This document shows positions 50,889 through 64,000 of a stretch of DNA of 64,000 nucleotides, in pieces. Origin of the DNA: Amoebidium appalachense. Its lineage: Eukaryota; Protista; Ichthyosporea. Below the pieces are notes generated by a model, which was given only the letters and a program-made list of their open reading frames with translations, had not been told where the DNA came from and did no database searches. Both the position numbers and the translations under genes were made by a program. The first letter of the stretch is position 1; each line of letters opens with the position of its first letter. The stretch lies in NCBI GenBank assembly GCA_963693365.1, contig CAVNZM010000010.1, positions 6,821,794 through 6,885,793 on the forward strand, written 5' to 3'.

Positions 50889-51128
50889 TCATGTGTGTTA
50901 GTGTGTAAGTGTATGGTGTGTTTGTGTGTGTGCATGTGCGTACTTGTATTTATTTGCGTGTACGGTGTGTGTGCTGGTGTGTGTGTGTGTGTGTGTACGA
51001 TGTACATGTGCGGTGCGTGTGTGTGTCTCACGGCCCCACGCGCGCATCGTGTTTGTGTGCGCGCACGTGTTGGAGCGCGTTTGTGTGAGGGTGTGACTGT
51101 AAACAAATTGTGTGTGTGTGTGTGCATG

Positions 51129-51168
<40 letters not shown>

Positions 51169-51366
51169 TGTGTGTGTGTTTGTCAGTGTGTGACTGTGTA
51201 CGGTGTGTTTGTGTGTGTACGCGCGCACTTGTGTTTGTGTGTGTGTACGGAGTGTGTACACATGTGTGTGTGTGTGTTCACGCGCACATCGTGTTTTTTG
51301 TGTGCGCAAGAGTACATGTGTGTCGGAGCGCGCATGTGTGAGAGTGTGTAAACATTGAGTGTGTGT

Positions 51367-51401
<35 letters not shown>

Positions 51402-51415
51402 TGTGTCATGGCAAT

Positions 51416-51463
<48 letters not shown>

Positions 51464-51465
51464 AC

Positions 51466-51528
<63 letters not shown>

Positions 51529-52604
51529 GCGCCCACTTGTGTGTGTGCGCACAAGAATGTGTGTCGGAGGGTGTGAGCGTGTTATTATTGTGTGTGGGTG
51601 TGTGTGTGTGTGGGTGGGTGGGTGGGTGTGACGGTGTGTGGGTGTGGGTGTGGGTGTGGGTGTGTGTGTCTGTGTGCATGCGCGCGCACACACATGTATG
51701 TCTGTGTGTGTGTGTATGTGTGTGTGTGTGAGTGTGACCAGGTTCGAACAGATGGTGTGTGAGGGGGTGGGGGTAACCCGAAGGCCTAGGTTGGGGGGAG
51801 GGGGGAGGGGGGGGGGGGGGTATGTTTGTGAAGGATTGGGGGGGGGGGGGGGGGGGGATGTTTATGAAGAATTGGGGGGGGGGGGGGGGGGGGGGGAGGT
51901 CATGCAAACGGGACACAAGTTGCAGGCAATGCCTTTTCAATGATGGTGTGGTGCATGTATTACAAGTTAACTCAACTCGGCAGTACTTTTCATGTAAATT
52001 TCAAGATGCTTCTAATTGTTAATGACATTGTACTGAAATATCGAAGAGATATGTTACATGATACGTGTAAACAAAGACATTAACAGACATTGTACAGAAA
52101 TATCGCCATGGAGATATGTTGCATGATACGCGGAAAGAAAATCACAAGAATCCGACACTACTAGTTGTTTGTTTCCTCTGTACACATTGGCCGCGATATA
52201 CACCCAACCCCCACCAAAACGACAAAAAGCAAAAAGAAAAGAAAAAAAAAAGGGGGGGGGGGGGGGGAGGGGGGGGGAAGAAAAAAAAAGAAGAAGAAGA
52301 AACGGCTGTGTTCGAACTTGGGCATGTACGACTATACTGAGTGTCTGTACATCTAGTAGGCTCTGCATGCACGGTCACTATCTTAATTATACTGACCTCC
52401 CCCCCCCCCCCCCCCCCCCCTACTCACACACCTCCCCAGGCCCCATGGTTAAAGAAGCAAAAAAATTAATGGCAAAATTCTTGAACAACTCGTAGGACAA
52501 AAAAGGATCATATAAAAAGTTAGATGTGGAAACAACTTCATGTGCATTGTACAGGGCCAAGTACAGATAAACCTAGTTAAGGCGGTACATGTATTTGTGC
52601 ACGG

Positions 52605-52698
<94 letters not shown>

Positions 52699-52703
52699 TG
52701 CGA

Positions 52704-52738
<35 letters not shown>

Positions 52739-52801
52739 TGCGCGCGTGTGTGTGTGTGTGTGTGCGTGTGCGTGTGTATGTACATGTGTATGAGAGAGAG
52801 A

Positions 52802-52835
<34 letters not shown>

Positions 52836-53007
52836 TTGTGTGCTTGTGTGTGTGTTTGTTTGTGTTTGTTTGTGTGTGTGTGTGTGTGTGTAACACCGTA
52901 TGGTGTGTGTGTGTGTGTGTGTTCATGCGCGCACCTGTGGTTGTGCACGCAATCGTGTGTCGGAGGGTGTGCGTATGTGAGTGTGAAAACATTGTGTGTG
53001 TGTGAGT

Positions 53008-53057
<50 letters not shown>

Positions 53058-54037
53058 AGTGTGTGTGCGCGTGCGTGTGTGCGTGCGTGTGCACGTGTGT
53101 GCGTGTGCGTGTGCTTGTGCTTGTGCACGTGCGTGCACCGTGCACGCGCACACGCACACGCACACTCATGCACACGCACGCACAGTGTACGTAGATATAA
53201 ACCCGGAACAAATTATCAAATAGAGTAAAAACCCGTGAGCAAACAAAACAGCACTACTGACCCCGTACGTTTGTGGAATACAACAGCCACAGTGCGTGCA
53301 TGCCAAGCCTTTTATGCAGGCTGTTTACAAAATCCTAAAAAGGTTGCAAGTAAAAGTGTTGCACGACCAAATGCCTGTGCCTTCACTAAGAACAATGCTC
53401 TCCGTGGCCTGGCAGCTCCGACCACTGCTGCTGCTACCGTAAAGGCACCTAGGCCTAAGTAGATGCAGTTATATATATCTTACAAATGTGGTTCCTGCAC
53501 ATTCAGGCTGTTTTCCTCACGTGTTCGTTTGTATATTACAAACAATAATAGATAGCATATGTGTAGCTTTGATCTGGACGTTGAACACTTTACATGACTT
53601 TCTGCAGCTTTGAGTGGTCAGGTTCTTTACTGGTAGCCGTTTATGGCTATAAACAAAAGTGTGCAAAACGTTATACATAGCGTGCATGGCGTTGTAGTGT
53701 ATGCAACGCTCATGTTCTGAATCTAAACACAGACGTGACATGAAAGAGTCTATTTTGATCATATGAAAAGAGCGTCCCTTTTTTGCTAGCAAAGCAGAAC
53801 AACAAGAAAAACAGCTGCGCCGCTGAAAACCGAGCCAAAGCTGCATTATCATGTATATTCATCACTGTACATACAAAATTTACCCCCTTCTTTCTCCCAC
53901 GAGCAGAAAAACCTCTTGAGCGAACCCCCTTTTTTCAGGGGTGTGGGCCCCCGCCGGTGGGGGCCCGCACTAATTACCGGCGAAAATCGATCTGATCGTG
54001 GGGGCCCCCACCGGTGGGGGCCCAAACACAGTGGGGG
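50193..54037. mobile_element. 3.85-kb TIR DNA transposon relic with TAT target duplication
   Basis: Ends CCCCACTGT... and ...ACAGTGGGGG, with TAT on both flanks. The palindrome GGGCCCCCACCGGTGGGGGCCC is repeated near both ends (50210, 53945, 54002). The interior is (GT)n-rich with stop-riddled islands. Confidence 0.65.
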
Positions 54038-54107
54038 TATGTGTGTGCGTGAGTGAGTTAGCGCGCGCGCGCGTGTGTGTGTGTGTGTGTGTGTGCGTGT
54101 GCGTTCG

Positions 54108-54238
<131 letters not shown>

Positions 54239-55074
54239 GTGTGTGTTCGTTTGTGTATGCTTGATGGGGCCCTCTCCGGGCGAGAGGCCTGCTCGAGTTG
54301 GATGAATTTTCGGGGGGCCGGGGGGGGAGGGGGGGGGGAGGGGGGGAGGGGGGGGAGGGGGGGGAGGGGGGGGGGGGGAGGGGGGGGAGGCTACTCTTAG
54401 TTAGGCCTATAGGGGTACAGGCAGCGCAGGTGAGCAGAAGGGAGTGTGCACCTGGGTGCCACATAAAGGTCGATCGTGGGTGGGTGGGTGGGGGGGGGAC
54501 CTTCTGAATCAGACACAGAGAAAAGAAACGAAATCGTGTGTCAGTGTGAACATGTTTCTAGAAATAGCCTAATTTCAACATTTTAAATAAAGGAAGAAGG
54601 GGAGTTGTGGAGGGAGGGGGGGGGGGGGGGAAGGGGGAGGGAGACGGGAGAGAGTGTCTGTCCGGGTGGGTGAAGAGGGAAGGACAGACAGGTCTAGCTA
54701 GAGGCCGGGGGGAGGGGGGGGGGAGGAGGGGGGGTGGGGGTGGTTGGGGGAGAGTGATTAGAGGTGTGTGTTTTTAAGGCTTTTCTTCCCTCCCTAAAGC
54801 AGAGTTTTGCAGGAGTCGGTAAGATCAAGTAATGCAGAAAACGGGCACGTAGAGGGGGGGGGGGGGGGGGGGGGGGGGGGGAGGGGGGAGGGAGGAATAC
54901 TTTGTAATATATTAAATAAGAGATGGAAGTTGGGGGGGGGGGGGGGGGGGGGTTGGAAGGGGGGGATATAGAGAGAGAGAGCGAGAGAGAGAGAGAGAGA
55001 GAGAGAACCGGAGAGAGATGGGGAGAGGGAGGAAAGGAGTGTGTGCGCCCGTTTATATTTTCGTATGTGTGTGC

Positions 55075-55106
<32 letters not shown>

Positions 55107-55142
55107 CTGTGTGTGTGTGTGTGTTTGTGTGTGTGTGTACGC

Positions 55143-55206
<64 letters not shown>

Positions 55207-56466
55207 CACTGTGTGTATGCGCGCACGCGCACGCCTGTAAACATGTGTCACAGTGGTGTGAGCGTGTCTGTGTGTGTGTGTGCGTGTGTGTACGTGCGCG
55301 GGCGCGCGGGCGCGCACACGCGTGTGTGTATATGTGCGTGTTTGTGTGCGTGTTTGTGTGTGTGTGTGTTTGCCCAGCTGTGTATGTGTGTGTGCGGGTG
55401 TGCCACGTGTGGTGTGTGTGTGTGTGTGTGTTTGTGGTGTGTGTGTGTGCGTGCGTATGTGTGTGTGTGTGTGTGTGTGTACGCGCGCACGCGCATACAC
55501 GCTCAAGTGTCTGTGTTTTATGCGTATCATAGTGTCACTGTGTATCACAATACACGCCCAGTAATAGCGTTGAATCGGTTCTTGATTGAAACGTCTTGCC
55601 GCATCATAAGTCAGTTGGGACAGCTGGGTTGTCTGGTCTGTTCTGATATATGCATTCATTCATCAATCAATACCTTGAATAGGGATTAGCAGGACAGGGC
55701 CCCAAAGAACTCATAAACAACGTAACAGAAATACCAAAGACAAGACACTTGCGGTTCTGGGGTGCAAAGGAGGACAGGGCCGGGATGTCTGGCGACGCTT
55801 TTTTTTTTTTGTTTTGTTTTGCTTTTTCCCTTCTACTTCTTCTTCTCTTCGGCGCGCGGGGGAGGAGGGGGGGGGGGGGGGGCGGCAGGCACGCACTACC
55901 AGAGTCTTTTTTTTTTCTTTCGGTTTTTTCTTTCTTTACTTTCGTTCTTACGGAGCTCTTTCTTCCTCAAGTTCTTTCTACTTTTTTTTTTTTTTTTTTT
56001 TGGGGGGGGGGGGGGGGGAAGGGGGGTTGGGGGACGGGAGGGAGAAGAGGGGAGGAGGGGATTAGATATCACTTGTTTCAGCTACAGGTTGCATTTGCAA
56101 GCCCACAGAAAGGTCCAGGGAGAGCTCTCTCTGGTCATACTGGCACATGTACACTGGCGGGGGATATTGGTGCTACCAAAATGTAAGGGGGTTACTAAAA
56201 ATAGAAAGATAAAAATAGAATTTTCGAGACGGCCGTGGTTGAAGGCCAGCAACCGCGCGCTGCCGGGCACTTATTGAGGCAGGAACACTTTGCTGCTCCA
56301 TAATGGCAACATGAGGATCCGATGGCTTCTGATTGGAGCACCTAAAAAAAAAGTAGTTTTTTGGTTTATCTCTTGATCAGTCAAACCTCGGGAGTCGCCG
56401 GTTGAACGCCGTGGCCCATAAACCCTTTAGGTTTTTTCCTGGTTATTCCGTTTTTCGCAAAAAGAA

Positions 56467-57077
56467 ATGGCCACTACACACATTGTTGTCCTTGGAGGAA
56501 CGTACGTGGCCCCCCCACCCCCTCACCCACCCACCCAACCACCATCACCGCCACCACCACCATCACACACACACGTAAACAACAACAACTCACCCGTGCA
56601 CCACAGATGCCCAGTTACAAGATGTAGTCTATCATTTCATCTTTTTTTTTGGTCCTGCTTTCCGTGTTCATGGTGCATGGAGGAATAAAAACGATTACGA
56701 AAAAAAAGGGAGGGATAGGTTGGAGGTAACACAACAGCGTTATCTGAATCCCTTTCTTACGGAAAATGGTTCACCGTGTAATTTTTTAAGGCAGATGTTA
56801 AAGCCGCCAGGAGAAAGGGCACACATAAGCGTTATTTGATCATATTTTTTCCAGAAAACTGCCCACCGTGTAAATTTTTTGAGGCAAAAGATGTTACAGC
56901 TTTCAGGGAAATGGGCAGTAGAATGATGCGGATTAAGCTGACGGGGGCCGTAAAACCTACACGGGCTAAGGGGCATAACTGAAAAGTCCTCAGCGCTGAC
57001 ATTGGTTGCCTTTAACGGCAGGGGGGAACTTGGACTGGCTGTGGTGCGGGCCGCAGTGGCAAAACACCCACAGGTTA

Positions 57078-57114
<37 letters not shown>

Positions 57115-59514
57115 TATGTGTGTGTTGTGTGCAGTCCGGCACGTGTTTGTTGTTTTGCTTTTTTTTGCGTGTGTGCACATTCATCCAGGTATGTACTGCC
57201 TGTAGGTGTGTGTGGTGTTACGGGGATGATGTGCGTCTGATCATTTGGACATGGTGTTTATTGTCTAACCGTTATCGATATCAATTGCAAGGCAACACAT
57301 AAACCTTTCGGCTTGCTACTGTGAGTACCATATGGTGGAGAGGGAAGAAGGATCTGATGGAGTAAAACAGTTGAAGCTTAGCGAGTGATGTGTAGTTTAG
57401 GAGGTGAAAAATTTGATTTTCTTGGTCAAGCAACGTGCACAAGCATTTTCATGTGCAAAGCCTATCTTCTAACTATAGCGAAGGGAAACCCTTTTGTGTA
57501 AAGGGCTATTAACTATAGTTGCTGGTCGCTGGGAACTGAGAATGGCAAAATACTGGGATACAGAAGTCTGAAATAACTTATCTTCTTTACCACTTGTTCC
57601 CCCCCCCCCCACCTCCCCTCCCTCCCCTCCCCCCTCCCCCCCCTCCCCCCCCCCCCCCCCCCCCCCCCACTTCCTTCCTTCCTCCCCCGAAAATGCATGC
57701 ATTGCATCTGCATCGTGTTGTAGGTCATGAATGTGTACTTCGTAGTCGGTAAAACATTCTAACTCCCCCCCCCCCCCCCCCCAACCGGGCATGGTTGCTC
57801 TGTGTCGTGCATCTGTAAGCACATACGCGTTTGTCGCTGCACTGCATTAGTTTGCACACACATCTTCACCGTTTTGCTCACCTTGCTTGCATAAGCAACC
57901 CTGCTCGTCTTTGATCAAGACGGGTTGACCCACCCAAGTTCAGTTGATGCTGCTGTCTGAGTTGGAGCGTCGTATATACGCGGGCTAAGGGGTCGAAACT
58001 CAGACGCAATTGATGACTTGGGCCCTCCCTGAGGATGGGCTCTGCTTATGACGCATACTGTGCGCATGGCTGATGCTGCATACTTGAATGTTTGCCTTTG
58101 CATGTGTCCTGCATCATGCTTCTCATCGTCTATGCGTACTTCGTACTGTGTTCCGCATTCAAACCCCCCCCCCCCCCCCCCCCCACCCCCCCACCCCACC
58201 CCCCGACCCCCCACCCGGAACAACCCCCTCCCCCTCCCCCCGGACCCCAAACGCCCACTGCCACCAACTTTCACTGCTCATCCCTTTGTTTTCTATAGTG
58301 GTTCCTGTCCAATCCCTTACAGCCTATGAATTGGGTGCCCATGATCTTGCTGCCCGTTCCTCCCTCCTCCCCCCCCCCCCCCCCCCCACGCTTCCTTTTC
58401 TATCTGTTGGGATCCCTGCAGCCCTTAGTACTTAAATTTGTATGGCGTGTTAGTCATCCCCTCCCAAACCCACCCAGCCACCCTACCCCGGTGAATAACG
58501 CCTGGAATTCCTCCCCCCTCCCTCCCTCTCTCGCTCCCCCCCTTATTTCCGCTTTGCTGATTAAGGAGCCCTCGTCGTTGGTTCTAACCTACCCCCCCCC
58601 CCCCCCCTTCCGCCCCTTCACCCCTCACAGGGCCTTTTGCCCTCCCCCCTCCTTCCCCCACCCCCCCTCGCACACACACACACACACACACACAGACATG
58701 CACACACACGCACACGCACACACACGCACACACACACACACTCACACACACACACACACACCACCCCTCACAGGTCACCGCTACATACTTCAACACGAAA
58801 CCACCAAGTGATGGGTTTCCTACAGTTGAATGGAAAAGAGTGGACCTGGGAGACCATAAATCCGTTTTTTCCTTGCTTGAAAATTGTGAAAATTTGGCGG
58901 GGGTTCTACACTGTGCTGTTCCCAAACATGGGGGTGCAGCCAGCCATGGCAGTGATGAGATGAGAAGGGGGATTGTGGATGATGTGGTAAATGCAGCACA
59001 GGCAACATGGAAATTTGGGGGGGTCTTTGTGGTGATGAGCACAGATCAGGTATGAATCACCCTGCCCCAAGAATCTACTAAAACACAAACATGCTGCTTG
59101 TCTCTCCCTCCCTCCCTCTCTCTCTCTCTCTCTCTCTCCCTCATACACACACTCCCCCCCCCCCCCCCCCCCCCCCTTCCCCTCCCTTCCCCCCTCCCCC
59201 TCCCCCACCCACACCCATCCACTCATTCACCCCCTGTCCCCGTCTGTTGTTCCAAGGCCTACACTCACCTCTATCCCTTATCCATGCACATCAACACATA
59301 TTTTCTCTTTACCACCGCACTGTACTGTGTGCACACTACATTTGCTTACGTCACCGTTCAGGTATTTGATGGCTGCCGACCAGCCACCAGCCCCCCCTAT
59401 GTTGAAAGTGATCCCCCTACACCCTGCAACCCCTACGGCCAGGCAAAGGTCGACATGGAAAATGCACTGCTGAAGTATGAACCCCCCCCCCCCCCGCCCC
59501 CTTCTCCCCCCTCT

Positions 59515-59546
<32 letters not shown>

Positions 59547-62116
59547 TTGTGGCCCTTCCCCTCCCCCTCACTACCACCACTACCGCCTACCTACCCATAT
59601 CGCGACCGAACCCAGAGTCCCCCTGTCCCCCTTCTCCCCCCCCCCCCCCCCCCTCCCCCCCCTCCCCTCCCCCCATTCCCCCCCCCCCCATCCCCCCCTC
59701 CCCCCTCCCCCCCCCCCCCCCCAAAAAAAAAAAAAAAAAAAAGCACAAACACACACACCGACAACACCATGCCTACCCCCCCCCCCCCCCCCCCCCTGCC
59801 CCGTGTCTCCCCATGTGCTTCTAGGGTCTCCTTCCCCCCCGCTCCCCCCCCCCCCCCCCCCCCTTCAACACCCATACCCCCCCTCTCCCCCCCCTCCCCT
59901 TCAAAACCCCCCCCCCCTTTCAACATCCCCCCCCCCCCCCCCCCCCCCCCCCCAACGAGGGGGGAGCTCCTTTACACGTTGTTGTCACCTTGTCTAAAAG
60001 CTACGCTGTATTAGCCGCACCGGTAAATCCCGCAATGAGCCGGTCGAAGCTGCATTTCATAGAAAATGAGACATAAAAGGTCCTGATTCTGAGCCAATCG
60101 TCTGAGTCTCTTTGATCAGTCATGATGAATCTTAATCCAATCATGAGCACTGTCAGTCTGTCGGGCGGTCAATAAACAAGGCAGTTTAAAGCTTAGCTAT
60201 ATACATACGCAGAGAAATAGTAACAAACTATTAGTATAAAATTACATTATTGCTACTATATTATGATACAGGTATATCAAAAATCATTAGGTTTTTGCAG
60301 GTCACGGGCCTCACGGCGCCGCGTGACTGATGCACTTTGCGATCACGAAGTATGCGAATCGGCTGATTGGCCACGCACTCACAACGCTCTCTGTTGACCA
60401 ATCACTTACCAACGGCAATATTTCTATTTTGCCTATGTTTCCGAAAGGTGAATTAAAAGGTAACTTTACTTGTTTACGCTTTTTTTCTTTTCTTCTAGAA
60501 CCAATAAAAATGTCCCGTAAAAAATACTTCACACTTAAGATAAAAACAAGTCATTCTGACAGTTTCCTTTTGTTTGATTTCTATAAAAACTGGTGAAAAC
60601 AATTTCTACATGTGTATAAATCCTTATAGGTGTTTTTCAAAGTCGAGAAAATCAAAATTTTAATTAGGAAAACCAAAAAACAAAAGTGTCACAAATACTT
60701 ATCATATATAAATATTATGTTTTACAACCTCGCATATATTGTATTTACGGCACATTAGTCCACAATGTACATGGTAAGTACACCCCTTTTTGATACGGGC
60801 GCATGCGCAGTACGGCGAAAATCGCGTTGCTTTCAGACGAGGTGAACATGTTGTTGGTCTCCTTTAACCCCTACCCATACCTCCCCCTTTTATTCGTTCT
60901 GTGTGTCTTGTCAACTCCCGCCTCTCATCTCACGTTCTAAAATCCTCTAACTCTCACAAGGTATCCACACACACCCTTCTTTCTTCACACACACGAACAC
61001 AAACACACATGTGTACACATCTGCCTGCCCTTTTCTGTATCATTGCATGCTTCTCCAAAACTGATGTATGTGGTAGTTCAATATATCCCACATGGGATTA
61101 TGGAACACGCAGTTCTACTAGTGCACCGCCTTGCTCCGAGGTCCACAACCACACACATTCACTCCTGCTGCCTGTTAATTAACGAACCCCCTAATGACCG
61201 CAAATTTCTCATTAGCTCGTAACCAATGAAAGCTCACACTCATACCCCCCAGGGCTGGACAGGGCCACCCCCTCTACATTTGCCGTACGAGTCTCATTTT
61301 GACTGTGACCCCAACATACGGCAAGGCAATTCAGTTTGTTGTAAATGCTCTTAAAAACGACAAGTATTACCCCCCCCCCCCCCCCCCCCCCCCCCCCTTT
61401 CACCTCTCCTCTCCCCCTGCCCCCCCCCCCCCTCTCTCTTCCCTGACCCCCCCTCCCCTCCCCTTTCCCTCCCTATCTCCCCCTCCCCCCCCCCCCTTTG
61501 CCCCCTCCCCTTCTTCTCCTCGCCCTCTCTCCCTTCCTGCCTCCCCCCCCCCCCCCCTCCCCTCCCTCTCCCTCTCTCCCCCCCCCCCTCTCTCTTTCCA
61601 CCCCCTCCTCCTCCCCCCTTTGTTGTGCCATATCCTTTTTGTGTTTTCTTTTTTGCATATCTGCACTCTCTTGTTCGCTGCGGGTTTTTTTTTAACCCCC
61701 CCCCCCCCCCCCCCCCCCCCCTCCCTCCCGCTGATTTTACCCTAGCTGTGTTGGGTATTCCCTGCCTCGTTTTCTCACCACTTCATACCCTGCACGATGT
61801 TTTTCCTTCAATCTTTTTAAGCTCGGCACTGTATTGTTCTCTATCGCTGCCTCCACCCCCCCACCCCCTCAACCCCACAGCTATTTCCCCCTTATCCATT
61901 AGCTCCTCTCTTCTCGATGTGTATGGTTTATGGTCTCTGCATGATTGTGTACGTGGGCGGGTGAGTTGGCACGGAAAGTTGGGGGAAGGGGGGGGGGAGG
62001 AGGGGGGGAGGAGGGGGGTAAAGGGGGAGAGGGGGGGGGGGGGGTTGTTGTTGATTGTGATGTGGTCTGTGGAGATGCGGAGCTGAGCATGTGCTGCTCA
62101 TTATCGACTTTCGTCA

Positions 62117-62148
<32 letters not shown>

Positions 62149-62310
62149 AAAAACGAAAGAAACGGAAAGAAAAAGAAAAAGAACATCCAGCCCCGCCCCC
62201 CTCCCCCCCGCCGCTCCCCCCCTTCCCGCCCGGTCTCCACCCATCACCTCTACTCTTGATCTTTTTCTCTTTTGATTTCTTCTGAACCTCTTTGCTGCCG
62301 CTGTTTTCAC

Positions 62311-62363
<53 letters not shown>

Positions 62364-62874
62364 CCCCTTCTCCTTCCCCCGCATCCGCCTTTATCCTGTA
62401 CACACACCCTTGGCCTCCCTGCAACCTACTGTTTCTTTCCCCCCTTCATATACTTCCTTGCCAAGCCCTCCTTTCAACCTCCCCCTCCCCCTCCTCCCCC
62501 CACGCACCCCCCCCCCCCCCACCCCCCCCCACCCCGCCTCTTTCCCTCCCTTTCCCCCCTCCCACATCCGGAAACGACTCAACTAACCATAACTCCCCCC
62601 CCCCCAACCTCTCTCAGGAATATCTCACTCAACCAACTACCCCCCACCCCTCCCCCTCTTCCTCTTTCCCGCGTATCCCCCCCCCCCCCCCCCCCACTTT
62701 CTTCCCTCCATCCCCCCCCCTTCCCTCTTCCCCCACCACCACCGCCGTTGCCGCCTCCCCCACCCACCCACAGAGAGAGGATAGTTCTCTTCACCGATGA
62801 GCCTCGCAACATGAGTTTCTCCGAAGACTTGGCAAAAGCCATGCTCGAACTCGTCATGAAAGAACCGTGTGTTG

Positions 62875-62924
<50 letters not shown>

Positions 62925-63976
62925 ACCACCACCACCACCTCCTCCCGCCCCTCTCCCCCTCCCCACCCCCACCCTTTGCCTCCTTTCCCTCTCTGCTTTT
63001 AGCCGTTTTAGCCTCTCCACATGTCTCCCGCATCAACATTTCTTTATGAAGATACACGCTTTGTCAGCTAACAGTTGTAGATCGACACATGCTCTATAAA
63101 CCCACCCAAAACTGCACCCAAAAAAAGCTCGAAGTCGATATCTTGCCACCAAGACCCTCTTTCGCCTGTCTATTTCATCTCATGGGTAACACAGATAACA
63201 AGTATTCATGAGTGTATTATTCGTTGATATGAGAATCAAATCACCATAAATATATGAGTTGTCTGCCATACATAAGCATATGAATGAATTGCTCAAATAA
63301 TGGCTTGCCAACATTGCCGCCTTCCCCCTCCCTCGCAATATTAGACATAATGGTATCCGACTCGAGCTCAATGGCATTTCAGATGAGAGGGAGGGGTGTG
63401 TGCGTGTGTGTGTGTGCGGTTATGTGTGTGTGGTGGTGGCGGTTGGGGGGGGGGGGAGGGAGGGAGGGAAGAGAGATGGGAAGGGGAATGGGTGGTGGGG
63501 GGAGGGGGGGATGGGGGGAGGGGAAAGAAAGAAGGTGGATGGGGTGGAAGGGGGGGGGGGGGGGGGGGGGGGAAGAGAGGGGAGGGAGGGAGAGAAACTG
63601 GCAGAGAGAGAGGGATGGGGGGGGGGGGGGGGGGGGGGGGGAGAAGGTGGGCAGGTAGCAAACAAGATGGACACCTGCAGGTGGTCTTGGGATATGTGGG
63701 GGCCCAATAGATGCTGCACTGCGTACATGCATATGGTGGTGTACGGGTAGACAGAATATGCCGAGGGGTTGATGTTGTTCTGTGTGTCAGTTATCAATAT
63801 CAGTGTAAGCACGGCATGCGAGTTTGTTTTGTTGTTGTGGTTATTGTTGAGTGTACAGGTGTGAATGGGAGACTAAGGAAGTGTACGAAACTGGGCCCAA
63901 CTATTGGTACTGATGTGTTTTGAATTGCAGAGACCACTGGGGAATTCTGAATCTTGTCAGCTCAGAACCCACAAAT
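56467..63976 (+). CDS. RmlD (dTDP-4-dehydrorhamnose reductase)/MAT2B-like extended SDR; 3' end outside the window
   Basis: Exons 56467-56501, 57022-57079, 58774-59049, 59362-59474, 61253-61363, 62774-62866, 63931-63976. Motifs IVVLGGTGELG, VLHCA, STDQVFDG, PYVESDPPTPCNPYGQAK (YxxxK), ICRTSLI, LFTDEPRN...EDLA and GILNL. Confidence 0.87.
57693..58163 (+). mobile_element. Repeat copies M (57693-57762) and N (~57877-58163, subfamily 3, with motif Y at 57888-58050) in SDR intron 2
   Basis: N retains the full motif Y with changed but still pairing stems. Both copies end in the family tail followed by poly-C. Confidence 0.8.
60010..60846. mobile_element. Possible non-autonomous insertion in SDR intron 4
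   Basis: An 830-bp block free of microsatellites, partly AT-rich, with repeated CCAATC/GATTGG motifs. No convincing TIR or TSD was found. Confidence 0.3.
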
Positions 63977-64000
63977 GTGAGAGCCCTCTCCTCCCCCCCC

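Noticed and set aside
56737-56917. About 92-bp two-copy tandem duplication (similar ones at 34618-34760 and 52024-52130)
   Set aside because: Real but degenerate local duplications with no sign of structure or function.

Overview
Eukaryotic, intron-rich genomic DNA, probably from a unicellular opisthokont. This is inferred from the epsin motif set and frequent GTACGT splice donors; the species cannot be fixed from sequence alone. Introns and intergenic DNA are saturated with poly-C/poly-G, (CA)n/(GT)n and (CT)n tracts, so most ORFs in the supplied track are artefacts. Eight genes could be spliced by hand: a 22-exon epsin (+), a 2-exon DPM2-like gene (+), an intronless C45 Ntn-hydrolase (-), a 3-exon coiled-coil/BTB/beta-propeller-like gene (+), a bZIP factor (-), a 6-exon GPATCH11-like gene (+), a 2-exon GH114 glycoside hydrolase (-), and an RmlD/MAT2B-like SDR (+) that runs off the window. 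The main result is a retroelement system. A 5'-truncated Penelope-like RT of Naiad/Chlamys type sits in the DPM2 intron. About 15 non-coding, variably 5'-truncated repeat copies from several subfamilies all lie on the + strand, and nearly all end in a poly-C run. The longer copies carry a roughly 155-nt multi-stem, pseudoknotted RNA motif supported by compensatory changes, which matches no ribozyme or ncRNA I recognise. A second, different structured motif occurs twice just downstream of the RT. Also present are three TIR DNA-transposon derivatives with visible target-site duplications, and an inverted duplication covering a splice donor.
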